Assembly (NCBI GenBank): GCA_963702005.1
Contig: OY969696.1
Coordinates: 4,096,001 to 4,160,000 of the forward strand
DNA: 64,000 nucleotides
Reading direction: 5' to 3'
Source of the DNA: Candidatus Aminicenantes bacterium
GTDB taxonomy: Bacteria; Acidobacteriota; Aminicenantia; Aminicenantales; JAFGBC01
Positions 1 to 9,537 of the stretch are shown in pieces. Position 1 is the stretch's first letter; each line of letters starts with the position of its first letter. The notes beneath the pieces are model-generated. The model worked only from the letters and a program-made list of their open reading frames with translations, was not told the origin of the DNA and did not search any database. The position numbers were made by a program, and so were the translations under genes.

Positions 1-238
1 ACTTGCCGAAATGGATCTCGGCCCGGCCGTCCTTGGTCCCCAGCTTATCGCCCTGAACGAGGGGCAGATTGACTTCGCCCTGCTCGAATCCCTGATCCGA
101 GGCTCGCTGGACGGATACATCTCCCTTGACATAGCTCATCCTGGCGAAACTCCGGTCATAGTACCCTTCGTCCTGGGCCAGGAGGAGCAGCGGGGTTACC
201 AGAAGGATCGCTACCGTGAAAGCCCCTAGTTTTTTCAT
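1..238 (-). CDS. Secreted FecR-domain protein (DUF6600-like), 5' part only; continues beyond the window start
   Basis: Own translation, not in the ORF track: AGGAGG RBS, then MKKLGAFTVAILLVTPLLLLAQDEGYYDRSFARMSYVKGDVSVQRASDQGFEQGEVNLPLVQGDKLGTKDGRAEIHFGK (signal peptide plus FecR-like motif). Confidence 0.75.
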   Translation of the reverse strand, partial: MKKLGAFTVAILLVTPLLLLAQDEGYYDRSFARMSYVKGDVSVQRASDQGFEQGEVNLPLVQGDKLGTKDGRAEIHFGK

Positions 239-348
239 CTTGTCCTCCTATCCGCCCTTTTAAAAAGCAAAAAGCGTGCCATCTCTTCTTTCCTGGGAGG
301 AAGCGGCTGGGGGAGCGGGAGTGTCCTGGCTATGTGACAATTGGACCC

Positions 349-383
349 AAAAAAAGGGGCGGCCCCTCTCGAAGAGGCCGCCC
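349..383 (-). terminator. Rho-independent terminator downstream of the Spy/CpxP-like gene
   Basis: GGGCGGCC...GGCCGCCC stem followed by a T-run on the minus strand (A-tract 349-355 on +). Confidence 0.7.
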
Positions 384-418
384 GGATTCGGCTTATGGGA
401 TGCGCCTTGTGACGTCTC

Positions 419-928
419 TTACCACCACCGGCAGCGGGAGCGTAGGCGTAAGCCCCGTCCCGGAAAGCTGCCGCCGAACCGGCCGAAACGCCGGCCTAAG
501 GGTCGCATCCGGTCGTCCCGCCTTCCGGCTCGGAAAGCCTCCCGATACTCGTCCAGCTTCTTGATCTGGTCGGGCGTCAGGATCTTCCTCATATCGTACC
601 GGTGCTGCAGGCCGGACTTCAGATGCCCGGCTCGCAAGCGGGCCATCTCATCGATGAGCCCATCGGCTTTCTTGGGATCCAAGCCCGGATCCTTGAGGAC
701 GGCCTCGAGCTCGCCGTTGATTTTCTTCATCCGGTCGAAGAAGTCCTTCCGCTCCGATTCGCGGGCTTGGGCCATCTCGTCGAACCCGGTCTGCTGCTCC
801 GGCGTCAGGTCCAGGATATCCCGAGCCATCATCCGGAAGGGCCTTCGCTCCGTTTGCCCCTGGAGGGGAAAGGCAAGGACGGTCAGAATCGCCATGAAAG
901 CCATAGCGCTCAGGGTGCGGCGTTTCAT
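419..928 (-). CDS. Spy/CpxP-family periplasmic protein
   Basis: AGGAGG RBS before MKRRTLSAM; signal peptide; LDLTPEQ and ILTPDQ (LTxxQ) motifs; helical and charged. Confidence 0.75.
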   Translation of the reverse strand: MKRRTLSAMAFMAILTVLAFPLQGQTERRPFRMMARDILDLTPEQQTGFDEMAQARESERKDFFDRMKKINGELEAVLKDPGLDPKKADGLIDEMARLRAGHLKSGLQHRYDMRKILTPDQIKKLDEYREAFRAGRRDDRMRPLGRRFGRFGGSFPGRGLRLRSRCRWW

Positions 929-1011
929 TGTGTGCCTCCTTTGTCTCGTTTTGCGCAATAGTTTAGACAAAGGCGCTGTCGATTCCTTGGAGAATTTGCA
1001 AGGTAAGGAGG

Positions 1012-1077
1012 CAAACCTACACTTTACACTGGGACGAGGGAATGAGTTTCTCCATTATAAAGTGAAGGTTTGACCCC
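1012..1077. repeat. REP/MITE-like palindrome, degenerate copy of the GGGGTCAAACCTACACTTT family
   Basis: CAAACCTACACTTTA ... TAAAGTGAAGGTTTG(ACCCC) inverted arms; same arms as at 26906 and 30266. Confidence 0.7.
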
Positions 1078-1079
1078 TG

Positions 1080-2123
1080 TCATATTTCCCAGGCCTCGAA
1101 GCCGGCCGGGGAAAGCCAGACCGGGAGGTGACGGATGCCGCCGCCAAGCCCGAGGATGGCCGCGACCATGCGGCGCCTCAACCCGTCGTCGGGAGAAGAG
1201 AGGACGGTCAGCGAGCCCCCCTTGCCGCCCGCTCCGTTGACCTTCCAGCCCGAGGCGCCGTGCCTCTGAGCGATCTCGATGACCCGGTCGGCCCTATCCG
1301 AAACAAGCTGGGGATGGAGCGCCCGCTGGGCTTCGTTGTTCGCGATCATGATCTCGCCGTAGGCTTCGAACTCGCCTTCGAGAAGCGCTCGTCTTCCCTC
1401 AGCGGCCAGCGCCGACAGCTGCTCGAGGATTTCGAACCGTCCCTTCCCTTTCTCGAGGCGGGCGATGACCTTCTCATGGATGTCCGAAGAGCTGTGGGGA
1501 CGCCCCAAATAGACGAGGCAAAGCCTCCTCTCCAGCTCCCGGAGAACCCCCTTGCCCGGCCGAAGCCGTTCGACGCGGGCTCTGGGGTAGCTTTTCATAT
1601 CGATATAGCAGATCCCGCCATAGGCGGCGCTGATCTGGTCCTGGATTCCGCTCTGCCGGCCGAGCTTGTCCGTTTCGACGCTGTGGGCCAGCGCGGCCAG
1701 CCCGGCCGGTCCGAGCCGCCCGCCCCGCAGGAAATCGAGGGCCCCCAGGAGCGCGACGCAGACCGAGGCCGAGGTCCCGGTCGAGATCCCGGCCGGGACG
1801 GGAGAGTGAAGACGGACTTCGAGGCTCAGCTCTCCGGGCAGGGGAACCGATTGGATGGCCATCTGGAGAAGGGGGTGGAGGGACGGGGAAGGCCGGGCCG
1901 GGTTGACCCGGAAGGATTGACCGTAATTCTCGGCGTGGACAAGAACCCGCGGCGCGCTCTTCGTCCGTTCGTTCCGGACGACTTTAACCTGAACCTCGAC
2001 CGGAGGCCGGACGGCCAGGTTCAGGACCCGGCCCCACCGAGCGAACCAGGTGTCGGTCCAGCCGCCGATATCATTGATGCGGAGCGGCGCCCGGGCGTGA
2101 ACGATTCGGACGGGCCGCGCCAT
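1080..2123 (-). CDS. GHMP-family sugar kinase (HddA/heptose-7-phosphate kinase-like)
   Basis: APLRINDIGGWTD, PAGISTGTSAS, GIQDQ, KVNGAGGKGG motifs. Confidence 0.85.
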   Translation of the reverse strand: MARPVRIVHARAPLRINDIGGWTDTWFARWGRVLNLAVRPPVEVQVKVVRNERTKSAPRVLVHAENYGQSFRVNPARPSPSLHPLLQMAIQSVPLPGELSLEVRLHSPVPAGISTGTSASVCVALLGALDFLRGGRLGPAGLAALAHSVETDKLGRQSGIQDQISAAYGGICYIDMKSYPRARVERLRPGKGVLRELERRLCLVYLGRPHSSSDIHEKVIARLEKGKGRFEILEQLSALAAEGRRALLEGEFEAYGEIMIANNEAQRALHPQLVSDRADRVIEIAQRHGASGWKVNGAGGKGGSLTVLSSPDDGLRRRMVAAILGLGGGIRHLPVWLSPAGFEAWEI

Positions 2124-2130
2124 CGCGCCC

Positions 2131-3105
2131 TCAAGCCCCTCGCCGGTGGCGGAACTGATCCAGGCTCACGGCCGCCACGATGATGGCGCCGATGATGATT
2201 TCCTGGATGTAGTTCGGCCAGCCCATCATCGTGCAGCCGTTCCGGAGGAAAGACATGATGAAGACGCCGATGAGCGTCCCCAAGATGCTTCCCTCCCCGC
2301 CGACCAAGCTCCCGCCCCCGATGACGACGGCGGCGATGATGTCGAGCTCGAGTCCGACGGCCACGGTCGGGTCCCCGACGGTCAGCCGCGAGTATTCCAT
2401 GACGCCGGCCAACCCGCAGAAAAGTCCGGACAGGGTGTAAATGAGGATCTTCATCCGCCGCGTCCGGATGCCGCAGAGCCGGGCCGTGGCTTCGTTCGAG
2501 CCGATGGCGAAGACGCGGCGGCCGAACACGGTCCGCCGCAGGATGAAGGCCATCAGGACCGCGAACACGATCATCAGCCAGACGCCCGGGGCCAGCAGAA
2601 GCCAGCCCGCCTTGGGGCTCCTGGCCATGAGCTCGTTGATCCAGGTCAGCGGAGCGTCGATCTTCTGGTTGCCGGCCATCCATTTAGCGACGCCCCGGGC
2701 GATCCCCATCATCCCCAGGGTCACGATGAAGGGAACGAGGCGGAGGGTCGTGATCAGGCTGCCATTGGCGAACCCGATCAGCCCGCCGCAGAGGATCCCC
2801 GCCGCCAAAGCGGCCAGGGGCGGCACCCCCCCGTTGACGGCGTAGGCGACGACGACGCTCGCCAGGGCGATGTTGGACGCCGCCGAGAGGTCGATCCCGC
2901 CGCTGATGATGACGAAGGTCATTCCCAGCGCGCCCAGAGCGACGATGACGGATTGGGTCGCTACGCTCTTGAAGTTGGCCGGCCGCAAAAAACGATCCCG
3001 GACCTCGGGCAGCAGGGAAAAAAGAGCGATCACCAGGAGGAGCCCTAAAAACGGGGCCAGCCAATTGAGGAGGATTTTGAGCCGCGCCTTGCCGTGTCCG
3101 TTCAT
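2131..3105 (-). CDS. Monosaccharide ABC transporter permease (RbsC-like)
   Basis: GMTFVIISGGIDLS, PFIVTLG, ELDIIAAVVIGG; start taken at MNGHG, overlapping the ATPase stop. Confidence 0.92.
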   Translation of the reverse strand: MNGHGKARLKILLNWLAPFLGLLLVIALFSLLPEVRDRFLRPANFKSVATQSVIVALGALGMTFVIISGGIDLSAASNIALASVVVAYAVNGGVPPLAALAAGILCGGLIGFANGSLITTLRLVPFIVTLGMMGIARGVAKWMAGNQKIDAPLTWINELMARSPKAGWLLLAPGVWLMIVFAVLMAFILRRTVFGRRVFAIGSNEATARLCGIRTRRMKILIYTLSGLFCGLAGVMEYSRLTVGDPTVAVGLELDIIAAVVIGGGSLVGGEGSILGTLIGVFIMSFLRNGCTMMGWPNYIQEIIIGAIIVAAVSLDQFRHRRGA

Positions 3106-4637
3106 GGTTCCGCCTCGATTCGGTCCGCCCCGGCCCGTCCGACCGCGGCGGCCTGCAGGATGCCCGCTCCGTCCCAGTCCGAAGCCGGCCGGCTGTCCAC
3201 GACCCGCCCCCGATGGAAGACGGCGATCGTGTCGCAGACGCCCAGGAGCTCGGGAAGATAGGAGGACACGAACAGGACGGCCTTGCCTTGGGCGGCCAGC
3301 TTTCCGATCCATTCGTAAATCTGGGCCTTGCTCAGGACGTCGATGCCCCGGGTGGGCTCGTCCAGAAGAAGGATGTCGGATTCCTGATGGAGGAGCCGGG
3401 CCAGCGCGACCTTCTGCTGGTTTCCTCCGGAGAGGACGGCCACGGCCTCGCCCGGATGCCGCCCCTTGATCTTGACCCGCTCCATCAACCCGGCGACCGC
3501 CTCCCGGCGCCGTCCGAGCGACAGGACGCCGCGCCGACTGAAGGGATCGAGACGGCTCAGCGTTACGTTATCGGCGATCGACTGAGACAAGGCCAAGCCC
3601 TCGCCCTGACGGTCCTCGCTGAGAAGACCCAAGCCCTGCCCGATCCGCTCCCAAGGTTTTCCCGTCTCGAAACGGACCCGGCCGATCGTGACGGCTCCCC
3701 GCTCGACCTCGTCCAGGCCGAAGACGGCCCGCAGCGTCTCGGTCCGCCCCGAGCCAATCAGCCCGGCAATCCCCAGGATCTCGCCCCGCCGCAGGGCCAG
3801 GTCGACCTCGGCCTGCATGGCCCGGCCCCGGAAGCCGTCGAGGGAGAGGAGGACCTCTCCGATAGCGTGGGGAACCCGCGGGAAGAGCTCCTTGAATTCC
3901 TGGCCGACCATCATCCGGATGATCGCCTCGAGCGAGACGTCGGCCATCCGGCCCGATCCGGCGTTCCGGCCGTCCCGGAGGACCGTGAAGATATCGGCGA
4001 CCCGCCGGACCTCTTCCAGGAAATGGCTGATGTAGATGATGGCGACACCCCGCTCCTTGAGCCTGCGGATGATCCGGAAAAGCTCCTCGCTGTCTTCGAG
4101 GGTCAGGCTGCTGGTCGGCTCATCCATCACCAGAATCCGGGCCTCGTCGACGAGGGCCCGGGCGATTTCGACGATCTGCTTGGCGCCCACGCTCAGCGCC
4201 CGGACCGGGACCTCGGGAGCGATCTCGGGATGGTGCATGAAGGCCAGGACCTCCCGAACCTTCCGTCTCATTTCGGCGAAGCGGACGACGCCCCAGCGGC
4301 GGAGCTCCTTTCCGAGCAGGATGTTCTCCTCGACGCTGAGATGCGGGCAGAGGGTCAGCTCCTGGTAGATCATGCTGACGCCGCGGCGCTTCCCGTCGAA
4401 GGGGCCGGTCGGCGTGTAAGGCGCGCCCTCGATCGAGATGCGCCCGGCATCGGGACGGACGGCGCCGCTCAGGATCTTGACCAGCGTGCTCTTGCCCGCC
4501 CCGTTCTCGCCGAGCAGGGCGTGAACCTCGCCCCGGCGAAGCTCGAACCGGACGGCGTCGAGGGCGCAGGTCGCGCCGTAGCTCTTGGAGATATCCTCCA
4601 TCCGCAGGACGAGGTCATCGGCCGACGAAAGCGTCAT
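3102..4637 (-). CDS. Monosaccharide ABC transporter ATP-binding protein (RbsA-like, two NBDs)
   Basis: GENGAGKST, DEPT twice, LSGGNQQK. Confidence 0.95.
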   Translation of the reverse strand: MTLSSADDLVLRMEDISKSYGATCALDAVRFELRRGEVHALLGENGAGKSTLVKILSGAVRPDAGRISIEGAPYTPTGPFDGKRRGVSMIYQELTLCPHLSVEENILLGKELRRWGVVRFAEMRRKVREVLAFMHHPEIAPEVPVRALSVGAKQIVEIARALVDEARILVMDEPTSSLTLEDSEELFRIIRRLKERGVAIIYISHFLEEVRRVADIFTVLRDGRNAGSGRMADVSLEAIIRMMVGQEFKELFPRVPHAIGEVLLSLDGFRGRAMQAEVDLALRRGEILGIAGLIGSGRTETLRAVFGLDEVERGAVTIGRVRFETGKPWERIGQGLGLLSEDRQGEGLALSQSIADNVTLSRLDPFSRRGVLSLGRRREAVAGLMERVKIKGRHPGEAVAVLSGGNQQKVALARLLHQESDILLLDEPTRGIDVLSKAQIYEWIGKLAAQGKAVLFVSSYLPELLGVCDTIAVFHRGRVVDSRPASDWDGAGILQAAAVGRAGADRIEAEP

Positions 4638-4640
4638 CGG

Positions 4641-5642
4641 TCAGTCGTGATCCTGGAAGAATTCGGGTTCGAGGAGGGCCTTGATCTCGGGCGTGTCCAT
4701 CGTTTCCCGGGTCGCGATCGTGACGCCCGTATCGATGCGCGCTTCGATGGATTCCCCCCGCAGGTGCTTGACCATCTGGACGACCCCCAGGTAGCCCATC
4801 CGGGTCGGGTTCTGAAGGACGAGCCCATGGATGTGGCCATCGCGCAGCCCCTGGACGAGCTTGGGGCTCGAGTCGAAGCCCACGAACCGGACCTTGCCGG
4901 CCAGGCCCGCTTCCTGCAGGGCGCGCAGGGTTCCGAACGTGCTCGACTCGTTGGGGCAAAAGACTCCGGCGACATCCGGAAAACGGCCGAGCAGGTTCTC
5001 GGCCAGCTGGTAGGCGCTTTCGGTCGTCGTTCCGGCGTACTGGTCCTTGACGAGGAGGCGGATCGCGGGGAAATCCTTGGTCATCGTATCCAGGAAGCCC
5101 TGCTCCCGCTCCGTGGTGCTGGCCGATCCCTCCTGGTAGCGGATGAGGAAGATGTCCCCCGCCCCGCCCAGGAGCTCGGCCAGCCGGCGGGCCGCCAGGA
5201 CGCCGCCTTTGTAGTTGTCGGTCGCGACGAAGCTGATATAGTCGTTCCCCTGCAGCCCCGAGTCGATGACGACGACGGGGATGCCCTCGCGGACGGCGGC
5301 CCGGACCGGCGCGCAGAGGGCCCGGTCGTCGAGCGGAGCCAGGACGATGCCGTCGACGCCACGGCTGATGAAATCCTCGACGACGGTGATCTGCTGGGCC
5401 CGGTCATCCTCCCGCTGCGGTCCTTTCCAGAGGACCTCGGCGCCGAGCTCGCGGCCGGCGCGGGCCGCCCCGGAATGGATGGCCTTCCAGAACTCATGGG
5501 TCGTTCCCTTGGGAATGACGGCGATTTTAAGGGTCCGGTCGGCGGACGAAGACGGGCCGGCCTCCTTCTTACGGCAGGCGGGGACGACGGCCAACGAAGA
5601 CAGGATGAAAACCCAGGTGAGGATACGGCGAACGGATGTCAT
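4641..5642 (-). CDS. Sugar ABC transporter substrate-binding lipoprotein (RbsB-like)
   Basis: Lipobox-like VPAC; IAVIPKGTTHEFWK, VVIDS, ATDNYKGG, VGFD, LQNPTRMGY. Confidence 0.9.
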   Translation of the reverse strand: MTSVRRILTWVFILSSLAVVPACRKKEAGPSSSADRTLKIAVIPKGTTHEFWKAIHSGAARAGRELGAEVLWKGPQREDDRAQQITVVEDFISRGVDGIVLAPLDDRALCAPVRAAVREGIPVVVIDSGLQGNDYISFVATDNYKGGVLAARRLAELLGGAGDIFLIRYQEGSASTTEREQGFLDTMTKDFPAIRLLVKDQYAGTTTESAYQLAENLLGRFPDVAGVFCPNESSTFGTLRALQEAGLAGKVRFVGFDSSPKLVQGLRDGHIHGLVLQNPTRMGYLGVVQMVKHLRGESIEARIDTGVTIATRETMDTPEIKALLEPEFFQDHD

Positions 5643-5790
5643 GCCCAAAGTATACAAAAAATCCGGCAACGCGCGCCAATGTTCTTTTCAGAAAGACAGG
5701 GAGGAGCGGTTTGATTATCCGCTCCCCCCTTTTGGGCCTTTGTCTGAAGGGGAAAGGCGCCCCTGTAATATCAGAGGAATTCCGCGGGCG

Positions 5791-5994
5791 TTAGACGACC
5801 GCCTTCTTCAGGATCGGCATTCCGGTCTTCTTGGTCTCTTCGGCCACATAGCCGACCGGGACGGCGTCGAGAGCGTTGGGGCCGGCCACCTTGGCGAAGT
5901 AGAAGATCTTCTGGATCCGCCCGCCCTTGAGGGTGACATCCTTGGAATGCAGGAAATACGTCGCACCCCTGGAATTCGTGAATTGATAAGCCAT
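5791..5994 (-). CDS. Small conserved-type hypothetical protein (67 aa)
   Basis: AGGAGG RBS; natural-looking basic sequence MAYQFTNSRGATYFLHSKDVTLKGGRIQKIFYFAK...TGMPILKK. Confidence 0.75.
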   Translation of the reverse strand: MAYQFTNSRGATYFLHSKDVTLKGGRIQKIFYFAKVAGPNALDAVPVGYVAEETKKTGMPILKKAVV

Positions 5995-6025
5995 GTCATA
6001 TCCTCCTGGAGCGAATTATAACTCC

Positions 6026-7312
6026 CTAAAACCGATAACTCAAGTTAACGCCGAGGAGATTGGCGGACGTGGAGTAGGTTCCCTCGCCCAGGTTCATGCC
6101 GTTGGGCAGGAGGTAGACATCCCGGTTAGGGCTCTTCCGGTCGTTGAACATCTCGTGTTGGAAGCCGACGTCGATCCGGAACTTGCCGAAGCCATAGCCG
6201 AAGCCGAGGATTAAAGCGAGCCGGTCGGCGTCGGGCAGGTTGGGATCGACGCTGGCTTCGGGCTGGGGCGTCCAATCGTAGAGGGCCCCCCCGCGCAGGG
6301 TGAGCGCATCGTTGAACTTGTACTCCAGGCCTCCCCGGAGGATGACCGAGTCCGTGAAATTCTCGCTGACCGTCTCGGGCGCGGGATCGGGCAGCGGGTC
6401 GGGATAATCGATATTGATCTTGTACTGGTCGTAGGTGCTCCAGCCGATGTAGTGGAGGTCCACAGACGCCTGGAGCTTGGAGGTCAGCTGGTAGCCGATG
6501 CCGACGCCGATGATGTTGGGGAAATTGAAGGTCGTGTTGGCCTTGCTCGTGGCCGGGATGTACGCCTGGAGGGGTCCCGGAACGTTGCTGGGATCGAGCT
6601 TAAGGTCTCCCTCGTACTTGACCGAGAAGCCGCTCCGGTAATTCAGCCCGCAGGAGAACTTATTCGCCTTGTAAAGAAGGCCGACGTTCCAGGAGACCGT
6701 GCTGCCCGCGGCCCCGCTCACGGAGGCCGGGACGTCGTAGGAGCCGTAGGGTCCGAACGAGATCAGGCGGACGAGGTCCAGGGTCAGGGACGAATGGATG
6801 TAGGAGACGCCGAAGCCGATCCCGAGGTTGTCGCTGATGCGGTAGGCGATGGTCGGGTTGATGATGATCGTTTGCATATCATTGGAGACGCCGACGTAGC
6901 GAAGGGGGTATTTCGCCGGCCACTTCGTTCCCAGCCCGTAGGGACAGAAAAAGCCGATCCCGAAAGCGATCTTGTCGTTCCAGCGGTGGGTGATGTAGAC
7001 GTTGGGGGCGAAGAAGGTCTGATCGACCTGATCGACTTTCTGGTAGGTCGGATCGGGCCAATTGGGAAGGGCCAAGGAACCCTTGGGAATGATGACCGTG
7101 CCGCCCAGCGAGATCTGGGTCCCTTCCATGAAGGCGAGGCCGCCGGGGTTGTGGAAGACGGCGGATGGGTCGTTGGCGACGCCTACGAAAGCGCCGGCGA
7201 TACCCATGGCCGCGGCGCCGTGCTCATAGATGAGGAATCCAGAGCCGCGCGCCGCCGGTGCCGCGCCCAAGACCAAGAGACCAAGGACGCAGAAGGTCAG
7301 GCTTTTCTTCAC
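6026..7312 (-). CDS. OmpP1/FadL/TodX-family outer-membrane transporter
   Basis: Signal peptide, SGFLIYEHG..GIAGA, DPSAVFHNPGGL, PYGL, LPDADR, C-terminal YRF. Confidence 0.9.
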   Translation of the reverse strand: MKKSLTFCVLGLLVLGAAPAARGSGFLIYEHGAAAMGIAGAFVGVANDPSAVFHNPGGLAFMEGTQISLGGTVIIPKGSLALPNWPDPTYQKVDQVDQTFFAPNVYITHRWNDKIAFGIGFFCPYGLGTKWPAKYPLRYVGVSNDMQTIIINPTIAYRISDNLGIGFGVSYIHSSLTLDLVRLISFGPYGSYDVPASVSGAAGSTVSWNVGLLYKANKFSCGLNYRSGFSVKYEGDLKLDPSNVPGPLQAYIPATSKANTTFNFPNIIGVGIGYQLTSKLQASVDLHYIGWSTYDQYKINIDYPDPLPDPAPETVSENFTDSVILRGGLEYKFNDALTLRGGALYDWTPQPEASVDPNLPDADRLALILGFGYGFGKFRIDVGFQHEMFNDRKSPNRDVYLLPNGMNLGEGTYSTSANLLGVNLSYRF

Positions 7313-7447
7313 ATTCTCCTCCTTATAATAATCGATAACGTTGACGACAATCCCTTGATTGATCGGGGAATATCACATTATCCAGGCTTGTCCATCTTTG
7401 TATAAAAAAAACGGCTTCCTGTCAAGGAGGAAATCGGCGGACATGGG

Positions 7448-7729
7448 CTATTGGACGAAACCGACCGTCGGCGGGACCTCGGCCGGGGTGATCGCCCCGA
7501 AATCGTCCTCGTATTTCCGGAGGTTGGAGTCGAGGGCCTCCCGGAAGCGTTTGGCATGGGCCGGACTGAGGATGAGCCGCGCAACGAGCTTGCCCATCGG
7601 TCCGTCCGGAAAGACAAACGCGAAATCGAACAAGAACTCTTCCCGGGTATGGCGGATCGCGGCCAGGTTCGAGTACTGGCCCAGGGCGACCTGTTCGTCG
7701 ACCTTGATGTCGATCTTCTTGTCCTCCAT
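7448..7729 (-). CDS. DUF3467-family protein
   Basis: GQYSNLAAIRHTREEFLFDF ... ARLILSPAHAKRF ... YEDDFGAI. Confidence 0.85.
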   Translation of the reverse strand: MEDKKIDIKVDEQVALGQYSNLAAIRHTREEFLFDFAFVFPDGPMGKLVARLILSPAHAKRFREALDSNLRKYEDDFGAITPAEVPPTVGFVQ

Positions 7730-7779
7730 GGGTCCTCCTCAGAGGGCTAAAAATATTTTAATTTTTTTTAAAAAATCGC

Positions 7780-7807
7780 TTTACAAATGAACTTTCTTTG
7801 CTATAAT
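7780..7807 (+). promoter_or_regulatory. Sigma70-type promoter with extended -10 and no downstream + strand CDS
   Basis: TTTACA(7780)-16 nt-TATAAT(7802), preceded by TGn; AT-rich UP-like tract upstream. Confidence 0.6.
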
Positions 7808-8036
7808 GATACTGGCTTTCTTGCGCGGGCTGGAGAAAGCCCCCACCTTTTTGGTTCCCATCATCAACCCCCCTTTTGCTGACAACAGCCCGCACCTCTC
7901 TCATCGCCCGCTCCCGCCCGGTCAATACACCGGATCGCCGCTCCGCTCGTCCGCGGCCGCGACGGCCGCGACGCCGGCGAGGATCACGGACGTCACAAGA
8001 ACGATCTTCGCGAATCTCATCGTTCCCTCCTTCCCT

Positions 8037-9518
8037 TTATTCGCTATAGTGCCGGATGACGCGGACGACGGCCTGCTCGCAAACCTTGCAGAGAGGCTTG
8101 GTCCCCTTCGTAAACATGAGGCAATCCAGGGCCGGCCGGTAGAGCCCCTTGGCGGCATAGCCGGCGCCCTCAAAAGCCCCGACCGTTCCCCGATACCGGC
8201 TCGCCTTGAGATAAGCGTCAACCTTGTCGGCATGCTCGCGCGACAGCCACTCGGACTCGGCCTCGGCCCGGGCGACCTCGGCGGCCGGCGCCTTGCCCCG
8301 CTTCATCTTGGCGATCCGCTCGTTGGCTTCTTTCCGGACCTTCTGGTAGGCGTTGTCCATGGCGTCGAAATCGGCCTTCTCCCAGGGCGTCGGAATCGGG
8401 AGGTCGGGCGTCGCCCATTCCTTCCACTTGAGCCGGGCGGGGTCGAGGAGGGCCGTGATGTTGGGCTCGGTCGGTTCGACGCCGGCCGGATAAAAGTCGT
8501 TGAAGGCGACCTCCGACGTGTAATATTCGTCCCCGAGGCCCGCGAAGGAATGGCCGAACTCATGGAGGAAAAGGTAGTCCCGCCACTGGTTGTCGGCGGT
8601 GAAGGTGCAGTAGAGGTTGTAGATCCCGCCGCCGCCGTAGCGGGCGTGGTTGATCATGATGAGGAGGGCGTCGTAGGGGACGACCGCGGCGATGTCGCGG
8701 AGGCTCCGGTTGTCTTCGGTCAGGACGTAGCGCTCCGAGCCGAGGGAATCGAAGGTCGCGCCCAGGGCGGTCGCCTTGAAGCTCCCGTGGCCGGGCTCGT
8801 CGCAGCCGCTCTCGTCGGACGGCTTGAGGACGCCGACGACGTTGAAGCGGTCCCGTCGGCTCCGGTAGGGTTCCTCGCGGAACAGGACGGCGACGAGCCG
8901 GTCCAAGTCGGCTTCGAACTTGCCCTCTTCGGCTTTCGTATAACCTTCGCCCAGGACGGCAAGATCGACCTTGAGATGGGGGTCGCCGCTGGTCTGGGCT
9001 CGGAAAACCTTGATCCCGGAAGCGGGCTTGTCCCGGATGATCGTCAGGTCGGCCGGATCGATTACCCGGCTGAAGAGGGGCTTGAGGACGTTGTCGCGGC
9101 CGCGGATCTCGACCGTGAAGCGGACCCGGGCTTTGGGATAGGGAATAAGGGCCGACTCGAAATAAGCCCTTTTATCGCCCTTCAAAGCCGGCTCGGAGGT
9201 CTTGTACTCGCCGAAATAGCAGTCGAATCCTTTGGAGTAAATGAGCGCTCCGGAAGTATCGTCGTAGACTTTGACGAAATAGCGCCCCGTGTTGTAGTCG
9301 TCGATGAGATTCTTGAGGCTCCCAGCCCAGGGGCCCTGATCGAGGACGCGGTCCAGGGTGAGGAACTCTTCCTTGGCGTCGCCGACGTGGACGTAGTCGA
9401 TCCGCATAGTTTTATCCAAGAAATAACGGCCGAAATCGGCGGCCCGCGCGATTTCAGGAAAGGCGATCCCGGCCAGAGCCGTGAATAACAAACACGCCGT
9501 TGCCTGATGGTTTTTCAT
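8037..9518 (-). CDS. Peptidase M64 (IgA-peptidase-like metallopeptidase), secreted
   Basis: Signal peptide; HEFGHSFAGLGDEY zinc motif; YGGGGIYN; GAFEGAGY; C-terminal CLM..CKVC. Confidence 0.9.
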   Translation of the reverse strand: MKNHQATACLLFTALAGIAFPEIARAADFGRYFLDKTMRIDYVHVGDAKEEFLTLDRVLDQGPWAGSLKNLIDDYNTGRYFVKVYDDTSGALIYSKGFDCYFGEYKTSEPALKGDKRAYFESALIPYPKARVRFTVEIRGRDNVLKPLFSRVIDPADLTIIRDKPASGIKVFRAQTSGDPHLKVDLAVLGEGYTKAEEGKFEADLDRLVAVLFREEPYRSRRDRFNVVGVLKPSDESGCDEPGHGSFKATALGATFDSLGSERYVLTEDNRSLRDIAAVVPYDALLIMINHARYGGGGIYNLYCTFTADNQWRDYLFLHEFGHSFAGLGDEYYTSEVAFNDFYPAGVEPTEPNITALLDPARLKWKEWATPDLPIPTPWEKADFDAMDNAYQKVRKEANERIAKMKRGKAPAAEVARAEAESEWLSREHADKVDAYLKASRYRGTVGAFEGAGYAAKGLYRPALDCLMFTKGTKPLCKVCEQAVVRVIRHYSE

Positions 9519-9537
9519 GGTTTCTCCTTTGAGGGAG

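Noticed and set aside
7900-7924. Selenocysteine readthrough at the TGA of the 32-aa ORF
   Set aside because: No SECIS-like hairpin at the right spacing, and a second TGA follows after six sense codons.
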